From IMG/VR virus record IMGVR_UViG_3300049892_000014, positions 40,913-104,912 of that record: a DNA stretch of 64,000 nucleotides, one strand, 5' to 3'. A program made the translations under genes and the position numbers. The first letter of the stretch is position 1. Each line of letters begins with the position of its first letter. The DNA is from a virus (taxonomy: Duplodnaviria; Caudoviricetes). Below, piece after piece: positions 20,395 through 29,892 of this stretch. Below the pieces are notes generated by a model. That model saw only the letters and a list, made by a program, of their open reading frames with translations, had not been told where the DNA came from and ran no database searches.

Positions 20395-20849
20395 TTGTAC
20401 TCCTGTGTAATCTCATCTCTATGCTCCATAAGCAGGATTCCTAGCATATTCTGCCCAGTATGCCCACAGTCTGGGCAATGACATATACCCCAGAAGGTCT
20501 CATGGATGTAGTTACCATACTGTAGATCAACTGGATAAGTTTCCTTGAGCATATATTTTAATAACTTATCCAAGAATTTAACCCTTATAAGCGTTCTCAT
20601 GATCTCTAGTTTATATGTTGACCAATCAGGCCTCATATTGGACAGTATGCCAGCTCTGATAGCGTATGTGGGATACTTTTGCTTTCTTATATACTCACGA
20701 TACTGCCTACCTTCTTCGGTTTCGCTAGACATCTTAGAAGCCTGATAAGCATGTTCCACAGTTTTGTAATAGACTCCATCAAACAATATAGGCTTACCTA
20801 TATAATTATTTGAGAGAAAGCTATTACCTTGTTTGAAGAATCTTATCAT
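20391..20849 (-). CDS. NADAR family hydrolase
   Basis: FLSN, TVEHAYQASK, RPDW, KF, FWG, GQNMLGILLM..R. Confidence 0.9.
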   Translation of the reverse strand: MIRFFKQGNSFLSNNYIGKPILFDGVYYKTVEHAYQASKMSSETEEGRQYREYIRKQKYPTYAIRAGILSNMRPDWSTYKLEIMRTLIRVKFLDKLLKYMLKETYPVDLQYGNYIHETFWGICHCPDCGHTGQNMLGILLMEHRDEITQEYK

Positions 20850-21080
20850 TTTGTCTCCTAACTCCTACAAATAAAAAACCCGATCACCCTTAACATAGGC
20901 TGTTCGGTTATATTTCCAATGTCTATTAGACTCAGTCCATCCAGAATTAACTAGCCCATTCTTTACTCTAATCCATATTCTCCTACACTCCTCAATCGGA
21001 GCATAGTAAGGATAATACACATGAGCAAAGACTACTCTTTGTTTCTTATTCTTCTTCTTTTTCATAGTCTATCCTCCATA

Positions 21081-21120
21081 AAACAATCCCAGGCTTAATC
21101 CGAAGATTAAGCCAAGGTTA
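21081..21120 (-). repeat. early-gene leader hairpin E5
   Basis: CAATCCCAGGCTTAATC-CGAA-GATTAAGCCAAGGTT; UUCG loop on the minus strand. Confidence 0.8.
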
Positions 21121-22214
21121 TTCTATGAGTCTTTACTGAACATTCTTGACTGTATCTTATATCTAGCAGTCCTATCCTGTCTAAATCCAGGATTAAGACT
21201 TCCACAGTTTGCCCTACGAGTCATCTTAGGATTAGACTGATGGATTAGCCTAGTCTTCTTGTTGACCTCTGACTTCCACAGTTGAGCTAGACTCATTGAT
21301 ACTCCTGCTAGATTTTATAGTTAGAATCATCAGCACAGCTCCTAATAGATAAGCTATTGCCTTATCATATTGGGTAGAGTGCAGTAGAGAATCCATACCA
21401 ATAAAGGTACAGTAGATACCTAATATGCTCACAACGATTAGACATACAAGATTAAACAAATGCCATAGCAATGACAACATATAGTCTGCCCTCCATAAGC
21501 AGGATTAAATACAACCTCCACAACATCCCTGTCTAACTTCGGCATTAACTACATCTATTGCCTCAGCCTTTGCTTCTTCTGGAAAGCCTTCAGGCCATTC
21601 ACTAATAAGCCATGGGCCATATTCTACATTCTCTTCCCATTCCTTGGTAAACCATACGCTTCCACCCGAAGACATACAGTATTGTGGAAACGTAAACTCT
21701 TGGCCATCTACCTTGAGAACCAGAATACCAGAGCATAGATTGGGATACTGACCGCTATAAGACACAAACTCAACAGTCATAACTCCTCCTTAGAGATAGT
21801 TAAGTCTAGCCTGGTGCATAACACCATGCCATTTATGAACAGGGACACAACTTGTAATCTTATCCACTATTGCATCAAGACGCTTAGTCCATAGCCTTCG
21901 ATCCGCATAAGACAATGGAATGTAATAATCTGCCCCTATAGGCATACAATGATGAGCGTCTATAGGTGACAGATAAAAAGCTACATTACGCCAAACATAA
22001 TAGATAGAGGCATCTCGAAAGTCATATTCTCTATACTGTCCGTAATGCGTATCATCTGCTGGCTTAATGATCGAAGATATTGGAGGCTTACTAGCCCTAA
22101 GAACGCCACCAGAGTTAAGGATAGCTCTTGCTATACCTAACTCATGTTCATCAAACTGTTTTTCATCAAGTTCAATTTTAGGCATATCATACATAGTGTT
22201 TCTCCTTGGTTAAT

Positions 22215-22346
22215 AAATCAATCTCAGGCTCAATCTAACTGTTCTAGTCTTACCATTATCGCTATTGCGGCATCTGTACAGCTATTCCATTCGGTTGCCT
22301 ACAGTTTTGCCAGACCATACTATCGCATAGTATTGAGCCAGAAACA
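22215..22346 (-). repeat. early-gene leader hairpin E6 (long variable top)
   Basis: CAATCTCAGGCTCAAT...ATTGAGCCAG. Confidence 0.7.
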
Positions 22347-22974
22347 AAGCTATCCCTCTGAGTTTAATACTTCGGGTTCACTCACTTCAAAATCTACAGT
22401 CTTAACTGGAGACGTATAGATTGTTTCACTACCAAAAGGCTTAAATATCATCTTAAAGCCTATGGTAATGTATTCACAAGCTGTGAACACGGGACAAAAC
22501 TCAGGGTGTCCCTGGATATATAGACGATTGCTTACTTCCTCAATCGTATACAGTGTGTTAATGGTTTGTACCTTAATCTTCATCGCATTACTTATCCTTT
22601 CCTACTGTGGTAGCCAAATCAAAGCCGCCATAGTATCCATTGTGCTTGTTGTGGGTTTGACAGACTATTACTCCATTATCTGTGTAGATACGGAGAAACA
22701 TAATCTCATGACGATCATCTTCATAATCATCTGGGACATCGTTGACAGACTCAGTCTTAATACTGACAAGCTTAGCATTGTCATAAGACGAAAGATCATC
22801 ATCGCAAGTCATATATCTATGCTCACAACAAGACTGTCCTCCATCCCATATGCTCAGGTTAGTCTTGTCTGTGAAATGCAGGATAAGAGTATCATTCTCC
22901 ATCTCTACAGACGCAATAGTCTTACCAAAGCAATCTTTTGCATCCTGATCCAAGTACATATCTTCCTCCTATAT

Positions 22975-23017
22975 AAACCATTCCCAGGCTTGTCCACGTG
23001 TAGACAAGCCAAGGATA
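22975..23017 (-). repeat. early-gene leader hairpin E7
   Basis: CATTCCCAGGCTTGTC...GACAAGCCAAGGAT. Confidence 0.8.
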
Positions 23018-23031
23018 ATCTATAAGCAGGA

Positions 23032-23421
23032 CTATTCTTGATAATCATCCAGAGGATACTGCATAGCATACTCTATGCAATCCTTCGACTCTTTCAATCC
23101 CTGAGCCGTGAGCTTGCGATACAGTTGTATCATGTTAATCTTATTGGCCAGAGTATTAGTCCGTGTAGCGTATTCGACAATAGCTCGGCCAATCTTAAGC
23201 AATCCCCCATCAGGACGGACAGGCTCCCAAGCATTGACAAACTCAATCTCATCGTTCTCACCATGTATGCGTTCAGGCTCAAATATATCCCTGCAAGCCT
23301 GTCGCAAACATTCCAATTCGAACCATGTCTTATAGGGAACGTCTACAATCTGTCCATTGTTATCCTTAATACTATAGATATAATACTGATCCATATGCTT
23401 TTGAATAGTAATCTTAGTCAT
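23032..23421 (-). CDS. protein with ribosomal L7/L12 C-terminal-like domain
   Basis: KINMIQLYRKLTAQGLKESKDCIE. Confidence 0.65.
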   Translation of the reverse strand: MTKITIQKHMDQYYIYSIKDNNGQIVDVPYKTWFELECLRQACRDIFEPERIHGENDEIEFVNAWEPVRPDGGLLKIGRAIVEYATRTNTLANKINMIQLYRKLTAQGLKESKDCIEYAMQYPLDDYQE

Positions 23422-23445
23422 AAAACCTCCATGGTTAGTGTAAAC

Positions 23446-23487
23446 AAACAATCCCAGGCTAGTCCACGTGTAGACTAGCCAAGGTTA
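23446..23487 (-). repeat. early-gene leader hairpin E8
   Basis: CAATCCCAGGCTAGTC...GACTAGCCAAGGTT. Confidence 0.8.
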
Positions 23488-23863
23488 AATGTTTACCTTT
23501 CGGAGTAACGCTTGTCCTCATCACACTCATTAGCAGGACTATTGAAAGCCTTGCTATTCTGTAGATGCCGTAGGTAGAATGAATGGTCTGCTATACGCTC
23601 GTCTATGAGAAACATAGGACGATTAGTAGACTCATCTATCCCGATTATAGAACCATCGCTGTTTTCCTTAATTCTCACGATTCTGTCTCCTGGCCACAAC
23701 TAAGGCCTGTGATTCTGGTTTAAGTTTAAGACATGAACTGCACATATGTTCACTGGCCGATATAGCCTGTAAACTATCTACAGTGTGAAGGTTGCCACAG
23801 ATAAGACAATTGTAAGTGTATCCAACTTTATCGGGTTGCATAGTGTATTCTCCTTGGTTAATA

Positions 23864-23936
23864 AAACAATCTCAGGCTTAGGGATGCTTTCGAGGCAAAT
23901 TATAGAGACAAGCCGACTCTACCTAAGCCAAAGACA
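23864..23936 (-). repeat. early-gene leader hairpin E9
   Basis: CAATCTCAGGCTTAGG...CCTAAGCCAA. Confidence 0.75.
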
Positions 23937-24087
23937 ATGCTATTACCAGGACTTACTGGCTATCTTTACTGGATGCTATACTACTTAATAGTTTACCTCC
24001 ACAGAATACGAGCATAGTTAGGACAAAGCTACCAGCTAGACAGGCTATAACAACTTCCATAGAGTAAATCCTTTCGATAAGCAGGAT

Positions 24088-24128
24088 AAAAAAGAAAGGC
24101 TAGAGCGTACAGAGGATACACTCTAGCC
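24088..24128 (-). terminator. intrinsic terminator
   Basis: GGCUAGAGUGUA...UACGCUCUAGCC followed by UUUCUUUUUU on the minus strand. Confidence 0.75.
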
Positions 24129-25050
24129 AGTAAACCTAGACAGCCTTTAGAACTGTCACTGTAGGTTTCACCTAGAGACTCGCTATTACACTATCTCTAG
24201 GTCTATCACCTATTAGGTAGATAAGTTTTGTGACTTAGCAGGCTACTATTTATCCAGATAAAGAATATATAGATTACCGCCTGTTTTGGGTAACGCTAAG
24301 TCCTTCGCCCCGCATATCTTATACTGATTATGACCGCTTATTTACCGCCACCATTGAGTGATACGCTTCACAGTCCACATGTAGACAGGATAGAATACTA
24401 TCCTGGGAAGTGTTCCGCTTTAGTCTTGGCTTCGCCAAGTCCCGATAAGATATACTATTAGCCGCCCCTGATCTGTAGTCTGTCCACATGAGATAACAAC
24501 AATGCCCCCGTTACTCTGTATCCTGCACTCTCTTTTGCTAGAGCCGTACAATCTGCACTCCGCATAAGCAGGACTCTTGGGCTTCCACCGCCAGTATAGA
24601 ACGATAGACTACAACGATTGGTTTAGGTACAACCACTCCTAGTTTGGATAGGATCTTTCGTCATTGGCCGTTGTCTATACAAGCTATCAGGTTGAGTCCT
24701 TCTCAACCATCAACCTAGAGATACTACCTGCATTGCACAGTTTGTCTCTAGGCCACTCGTACCATCAAGTATTACGTCCCCTAAAACCATTGACTGTAAC
24801 ACTAAACGACTTATGATCCCGTTCTAATTGTCTTTGGCGCATTGCCTATCCGCCGACTGCAACCTCATTGGATAGGAGCTAGGTTATCCTTCACCTTAGC
24901 TGTTCTCTATGGCTTGCTCACCAACTTACTGTAATCTGTCTATACTAGCTCAGCCTAAGTGTTAGCTCATTGCCTTGATTAGCAGGACTTTGTGTATTCC
25001 TTCTGTAGTGCTAATCTGCTAGGAGAGCGTATACAAATTGTCTCCTAACT
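24088..25050 (-). ncRNA. candidate large structured ncRNA (~1 kb)
   Basis: no ORF of 60 aa or more in any frame; more than a dozen hairpins and long-range stems; ends in a terminator. Confidence 0.55.
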
Positions 25051-25307
25051 AACTGACTCTAACTATACCCTATACCCTATCCCAATCTATCCTAGTCTAT
25101 AGGCTATCCAGTTTAGGATAGTTTCAAGACTAGGCTAGACTAGGCTAGAGTATATGGCATTTTGCGTTAAAATCGGTTTTAAGCCGTTTTCCCAATGCAA
25201 GGCATAGTAGCATATGCCATGACCGGAGAAAATGCCTTAAAAGCGACTACAGCGCATTTAATGGCCTATTTGCTATCGTATCGGATAGGCTGAAAATCGT
25301 TTTGAGC

Positions 25308-25348
25308 AAAAAAAAAGGCGAGCAAGCTATGGTAGCTTGCCCGCCTTT
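25308..25348 (-). terminator. intrinsic terminator
   Basis: GGCGGGCAAGCUA-CCA-UAGCUUGCUCGCC plus U9. Confidence 0.85.
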
Positions 25349-25365
25349 ATCGTTTCCGGTTTTGC

Positions 25366-25638
25366 TTAGGAAGTAGCTATCTCCGTTTCCGTTTTCCCCT
25401 TAGACAGTTTGTCAGAGTTTACGGAGATAAACTTGCGAATATCGTCGGCAGCGTCCAGAACCCGATTCCAGCCTGTCTCGTATAGCGTGACAGGGAAACG
25501 TCCAAGTCCATATACGCTGACCGCTCCTTTGGTCGATACCTTGAAGGAAAGTTTGCCAGAATTTTTGGCTTTCAAGGCATTGTTTTCGGCTTCAAGTTTT
25601 GCAAGTTTTGCTTCCATTTCGGCTAATGTCATTCCCAT
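25366..25638 (-). CDS. first leftward early protein (coiled coil + small beta domain, possibly nucleic-acid binding)
   Basis: KVSTKGAVSVYGLGRFPVTLY..GW; GGAG RBS; followed by terminator. Confidence 0.7.
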   Translation of the reverse strand: MGMTLAEMEAKLAKLEAENNALKAKNSGKLSFKVSTKGAVSVYGLGRFPVTLYETGWNRVLDAADDIRKFISVNSDKLSKGKTETEIATS

Positions 25639-26072
25639 GGTATTGTTTCTCCAGAGTATGAATCCGCCTAATAGCTTGGAACCATTCCGCCCTGTTAGGC
25701 GGAAACGATTGCAGGTTTTTTGCGCCCTGCACCATTGCGGCAACAAATCGGGCATTTTTTTCACGGCTTGTCAAGGCAAGGTATATATATGATAGATTAC
25801 TGACTATAGGATAATCTGCAAATGATTATAGGCTTGATCTTGAATGATAAGGGAATAGCTATATCCTGCGAACAATTCCACAAAATGTTCGGATAGTCAT
25901 AGGCTAACCCTAATAGAGACAATGATTTACGGCTAGGGTAGGGGTAGGGGTCGAGACCTGCCTACCCTACCCCCTTATATGCTACGACCCCTCCTTTAAT
26001 ACGCACAAAAAATTCCCTTCATATCCGAAAACTAGGTAGATAAAAGAGTTACAGTCTTTTTCACTATATCTC

Positions 26073-26101
26073 TTGACAGACTAATTTGATTATGCTAGTA
26101 T
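26073..26101 (+). promoter_or_regulatory. sigma70-type promoter
   Basis: TTGACA-17-TAGTAT with TG extension. Confidence 0.75.
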
Positions 26102-26119
26102 GTTTTTTGTGGAGGCGCT

Positions 26120-26404
26120 ATGAAGAAGCTGATATGCTGTTTATTGTTACTTATGACGGTCGGATGTACCACTATTACGAATGGTAGAGTGATTGATAAG
26201 AGATTCTTCGCAGCTCATTATCAGGTAACGTATATGCCGAACGGTAAGACGCTGATGCCAATATTAATGCACCACGACGATGAGTGGGATCTTAAGCTTG
26301 TGAAAGGTGACGATAGCGGGTGGGTAGAGGTTTCTGAAAAGGAGTACAATTCGATAAGGGTTGGAGATAATTTTAGTCTACACGTAGACAAGGAGAATAA
26401 ATGA
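26120..26404 (+). CDS. putative lipoprotein
   Basis: MKK + hydrophobic stretch + lipobox-like TVGC. Confidence 0.65.
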   Translation: MKKLICCLLLLMTVGCTTITNGRVIDKRFFAAHYQVTYMPNGKTLMPILMHHDDEWDLKLVKGDDSGWVEVSEKEYNSIRVGDNFSLHVDKENK

Positions 26405-26940
26405 GAACGAATTCAGAGTACGCTGATATGCAGATTAGACTGAAACAGGCCGTGGCTGATTTTTATACGGCCATGATCAAATGGGAACTTGATGGATTTT
26501 TACCAGGCAGAAAGTTTGATGAGGCGGATAAGGCCTCTGACGAGGTGTATAATCTATTAGATGAACAACGAAAAGAACAGGCTATGAGGGAGGCTGAAAT
26601 GGCGTGTAACGGTGAAGAAAAGAATAAGATTAACACGAATTACGTGAAGGTTCAGGACGAGAGTGCGATTAACATTCCAACTATAACAACTTCCTCTGAG
26701 GCTTATTACCCACCTACTTGTTGTGATGGATGCGGGTGTGAGTTGGATGAGCCGAGCGTGGCGATTGAAATTTATTTCAATAATGGATCGTGCCTGGCCT
26801 TTAATGATTGTGAGATTGATATTAATAACGATGGTCTTCTGGTTTTTGATTATGTCTCCGTGTTGGACGGTAAGACGAAGACGGCCACGTTTCAGAAATA
26901 CCAACTCGCCGGTTACACGATGACGGTCGACAACGAATAA
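26401..26940 (+). CDS. hypothetical protein
   Basis: AAGGAG RBS; ATGA-type overlap. Confidence 0.65.
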   Translation: MRTNSEYADMQIRLKQAVADFYTAMIKWELDGFLPGRKFDEADKASDEVYNLLDEQRKEQAMREAEMACNGEEKNKINTNYVKVQDESAINIPTITTSSEAYYPPTCCDGCGCELDEPSVAIEIYFNNGSCLAFNDCEIDINNDGLLVFDYVSVLDGKTKTATFQKYQLAGYTMTVDNE

Positions 26941-26959
26941 AAAACGTATATATAATGAT

Positions 26960-27160
26960 ATCCGGACAGAAATCCGGACAAAATGTCCGGATTGGAATTC
27001 CGTGGGCAGCGTGGAGAACACGAACTGCAAGTGACTATGCGGCAAGGAAAGCTGTGGGTGATACTAGGTAATTCTCGCAGTAAGCCGAGAGCTATTTCGG
27101 CGCAGGATGTCTGGCAGGAGGTTGATCGGCCTAGAGTGGAAAGACACTCCCCACGGAATA
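26960..27160 (+). ncRNA. candidate structured GGA-rich small RNA
   Basis: TCGACA-18-TATAAT upstream; ATTCCGTGGG/CCCACGGAAT closing stem; internal hairpins. Confidence 0.45.
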
Positions 27161-27180
27161 AAAAAATTTTGAGTTTCTTC

Positions 27181-27209
27181 TTGACATTCTAAAAAGAACA
27201 TAGTACAGT
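27181..27209 (+). promoter_or_regulatory. sigma70-type promoter
   Basis: TTGACA-17-TACAGT. Confidence 0.65.
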
Positions 27210-27227
27210 GGTTGAATTGGAGGGGGC

Positions 27228-28007
27228 GTGAAACTGATGGATAAGACAGGTAAAGAAGTTGTATTCCCCACGCTGGAAGAAGGGTGCGCAGGGAAACATT
27301 TTGAGTTTATGGGATTTGATTGCTGGTGGACGGGGTGGAAACAAACCGCTAGCCAGATAGTTTATGGTGGGCAGTGGGTTGCCTATGACCAGAAAACCGG
27401 ACTTGGATACGCTTATTCTTTACCTGGGCGGAAATTTATGCCTATTATATCCCTCACTCACGCACTGGATATGACGGTGAATAGCCTCGTAGAAGACCAA
27501 TTTAGAGTTGTAACTGACAAGAAATATAGAACTCAGATGGTACGGCAGGGTAAGAGGTCGTTTAAAAGGCAGATATCGGAGCATGAGCGCAGGAGAATGA
27601 TGGATGCTTTGGATGAAAGGAAGCAGAAAGAGGTTATAACTGACTGGTCTAAGATGTACCAGCAGTGGGTTAATCAGGCTGGAAAGAATGTCGTACCTCA
27701 ATCATGGACGACCTCTGGAACATTTATAGGACAACAGTCCATAGGAGCCGCATCCACTAATGTACCACCAGGTGGAATTATTAGTACGACAATAGCTCCT
27801 AGCAATGTTATGTACAAAGGAAGTAGCTACGACTATAATGCATGGCAGGATGCAATAGTGCAGGGTTGTAAGGAACAAGCAAAACAGAAGGTTCAAAAGG
27901 AAATGGATGATAAGCTAGCCTCTATGAAAGAAGAGGCTATGAAAGACTATTATAATAGCTCTATCTTGGATAATATTAAATCAGTCTTAAAAGGAAAGAA
28001 GGAGTAA
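27228..28007 (+). CDS. hypothetical protein
   Basis: 259 aa, GGAGG RBS, coupled to the AAA gene. Confidence 0.7.
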   Translation: MKLMDKTGKEVVFPTLEEGCAGKHFEFMGFDCWWTGWKQTASQIVYGGQWVAYDQKTGLGYAYSLPGRKFMPIISLTHALDMTVNSLVEDQFRVVTDKKYRTQMVRQGKRSFKRQISEHERRRMMDALDERKQKEVITDWSKMYQQWVNQAGKNVVPQSWTTSGTFIGQQSIGAASTNVPPGGIISTTIAPSNVMYKGSSYDYNAWQDAIVQGCKEQAKQKVQKEMDDKLASMKEEAMKDYYNSSILDNIKSVLKGKKE

Positions 28008-29311
28008 TGGACGATCTGAAGTTATACACGCCCACGTTTAAAGAGATAGGTTACAAGTTCATGTTGCAGCATGAGTCGTGGATAACAGCGCAGATGGGTT
28101 GCAGTACTGATAGTTTAGTTCGAGTCAGACCGCCCGATTGGCTTTCTGATTTCATCACAGTAGCTCTGAAGACGTTGTATTTTAAGGACAAGGTAGGAAT
28201 CGTAACAAACAATATGAATCCTATAGCGTTAGCCGTAGGTGCCGATATAGAAGGAATCGAAACAACGAATGGCTTGGAAGGAAACCTGGTGGAATTCTAC
28301 AACGCCCAAAAGGCTGGAGATTGGTATGTTAACTCTTCTGAATATCTCCTGTCAGTCAAAATTCGTAGCCTTAGTTTCCCTTTTGTCGTGTATTGCCAGC
28401 CTGTCGCAATGCACGGACACACTGCCGAGAGGACTGAATTGATACTTCCTCAGAGTGGTTTGGATGAGTTCGTCACCTATTTCCAGAATGAAGAGAGGCG
28501 TAGTGGTAGAATAACAGTTAATGTCTTTGGGCAAAAGACATATACCATTAAGCCTATGGAATGGGAAAACATGATCATTGATGAGTCGGTAAACTTTCTG
28601 ATTAAGAAAGATTTGCAGACCTTCATGCAGAAGCGTGATTGGTTCTCAGGCAAGGGCATACCATATAGGAGAGGATACCTGTTGCATGGACCTCCTGGCA
28701 ACGGTAAAACCTCTGCGATCAGGGCAATGCTTACACAGGCTAAGCTCCCTGCTTTCACTATTAAGAAGATGTACGACCCTGATGCTATGTATTATTTCGA
28801 GGATATGTTTGAAGCTGCCAGTAAGTCTGGCGGCGCTTTTATCATATTAGAAGATATTGATCGTGCGTTCTCAGACAAATCGGATGGGAAGGAAGCCAAC
28901 TCTAACCTTGTTCCTTTCTCCGTCTTTCTTAATTGTCTAGATGGTATTTCTGATGCTGACGGGATTATTGTCGTTGCCACAGCAAATAATCCCCAAGTAT
29001 TAGACAAGGCCATCCTTGAAAGACCAGGGAGATTTGATAGAGTGGTTCACTTCCCTAATCCGACACTAGACCTCCGAAAGAGATACATGGCTAGTCATTT
29101 ACCAGAGATGGATGATGAGAGCTTGACCAGGATAGCCGGTGAGTGTAATAATATGAGCTTCGCCCAGCTTCGTGAGATCTACATTATAGCGTCTCAGCTG
29201 GCGGATGATAGAAGCATGGAGGTCACGGAAACGGATGTGATAGATGCACATCAACGTCTTGTTTCAGCGCTTCAGAAAGCTAAGGCTAAAGATGCGGGGT
29301 ACAAAGCCTAG
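28007..29311 (+). CDS. classic-clade AAA ATPase (BCS1/FtsH-like AAA module, no protease domain)
   Basis: RRGYLLHGPPGNGKT, ILEDID, TANN..LD.AI.ERPGRFD. Confidence 0.9.
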   Translation: MDDLKLYTPTFKEIGYKFMLQHESWITAQMGCSTDSLVRVRPPDWLSDFITVALKTLYFKDKVGIVTNNMNPIALAVGADIEGIETTNGLEGNLVEFYNAQKAGDWYVNSSEYLLSVKIRSLSFPFVVYCQPVAMHGHTAERTELILPQSGLDEFVTYFQNEERRSGRITVNVFGQKTYTIKPMEWENMIIDESVNFLIKKDLQTFMQKRDWFSGKGIPYRRGYLLHGPPGNGKTSAIRAMLTQAKLPAFTIKKMYDPDAMYYFEDMFEAASKSGGAFIILEDIDRAFSDKSDGKEANSNLVPFSVFLNCLDGISDADGIIVVATANNPQVLDKAILERPGRFDRVVHFPNPTLDLRKRYMASHLPEMDDESLTRIAGECNNMSFAQLREIYIIASQLADDRSMEVTETDVIDAHQRLVSALQKAKAKDAGYKA

Positions 29312-29588
29312 GATACCGTCTTGCGGAACGGTATCTTACGCCAAGATACCGTGCGAACATATGATCCTAAATGGTGTCAATTGTAGTGAGGGGTATATCT
29401 CTGTAACTATAACTGAAAACAATCAGACCAGGTACTTCGATATGCCTAAGAACTTTACTACTGAAGATCTTAGTTATGTAATGAATGAGTTCGGATCTCC
29501 TTCTGAGGCTGTTGATATGCTAGAGAATGCGACTCCGGAAGAATTGGAGAGGATTCAACTACTAGCGAGGATGCATGATATCAGGTAG
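29292..29588 (+). CDS. hypothetical protein with shared C-terminal helix
   Basis: ends TPEELERIQLLARMHD; start uncertain. Confidence 0.6.
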   Translation: MRGTKPRIPSCGTVSYAKIPCEHMILNGVNCSEGYISVTITENNQTRYFDMPKNFTTEDLSYVMNEFGSPSEAVDMLENATPEELERIQLLARMHDIR

Positions 29589-29892
29589 GCCTTCTGTATT
29601 AAATTGGAATGAAGGAGGCGGTGAGAAGCGCATAGTCGTAGGAGCAAATGAGAACCTGACTGCCGTTATCACAAACGTAGAAGCAGGCGCACTGCTGACC
29701 ATAGTAGAGGGAAAGAGGATTATAGAACTTAAAAGAAAGATCGGAAATGAGGCAATCACTTCTGAGTTTATCTATTATCTATATGGACAGTTTGATTATA
29801 CTCATACCGATTTTGTTAAATGGCTACACACGGTCACGATTGATGAACTAGAGCGCCATAGAATGTTATACGCTTTATCAGAAAGGAAATAA
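29575..29892 (+). CDS. hypothetical protein with shared C-terminal helix
   Basis: ends TIDELERHRMLYALSE. Confidence 0.65.
   Translation: MISGRPSVLNWNEGGGEKRIVVGANENLTAVITNVEAGALLTIVEGKRIIELKRKIGNEAITSEFIYYLYGQFDYTHTDFVKWLHTVTIDELERHRMLYALSERK

Noticed and set aside
22144-23478. Plus-strand ORFs 22144, 22462, 23038, 23108
   Set aside because: Antisense to well-formed minus-strand genes with RBS
13803-23936. CRISPR array interpretation of the repeated CAGGCT...AGCCAAG elements
   Set aside because: Units are separated by whole genes, inner parts are self-complementary and variable in length, and no cas genes are present
24088-25300. Hidden gene through TAG recoding
   Set aside because: TAA stops occur in all three minus frames at 24319-24344; genes elsewhere end normally in TAG and no suppressor tRNA was seen
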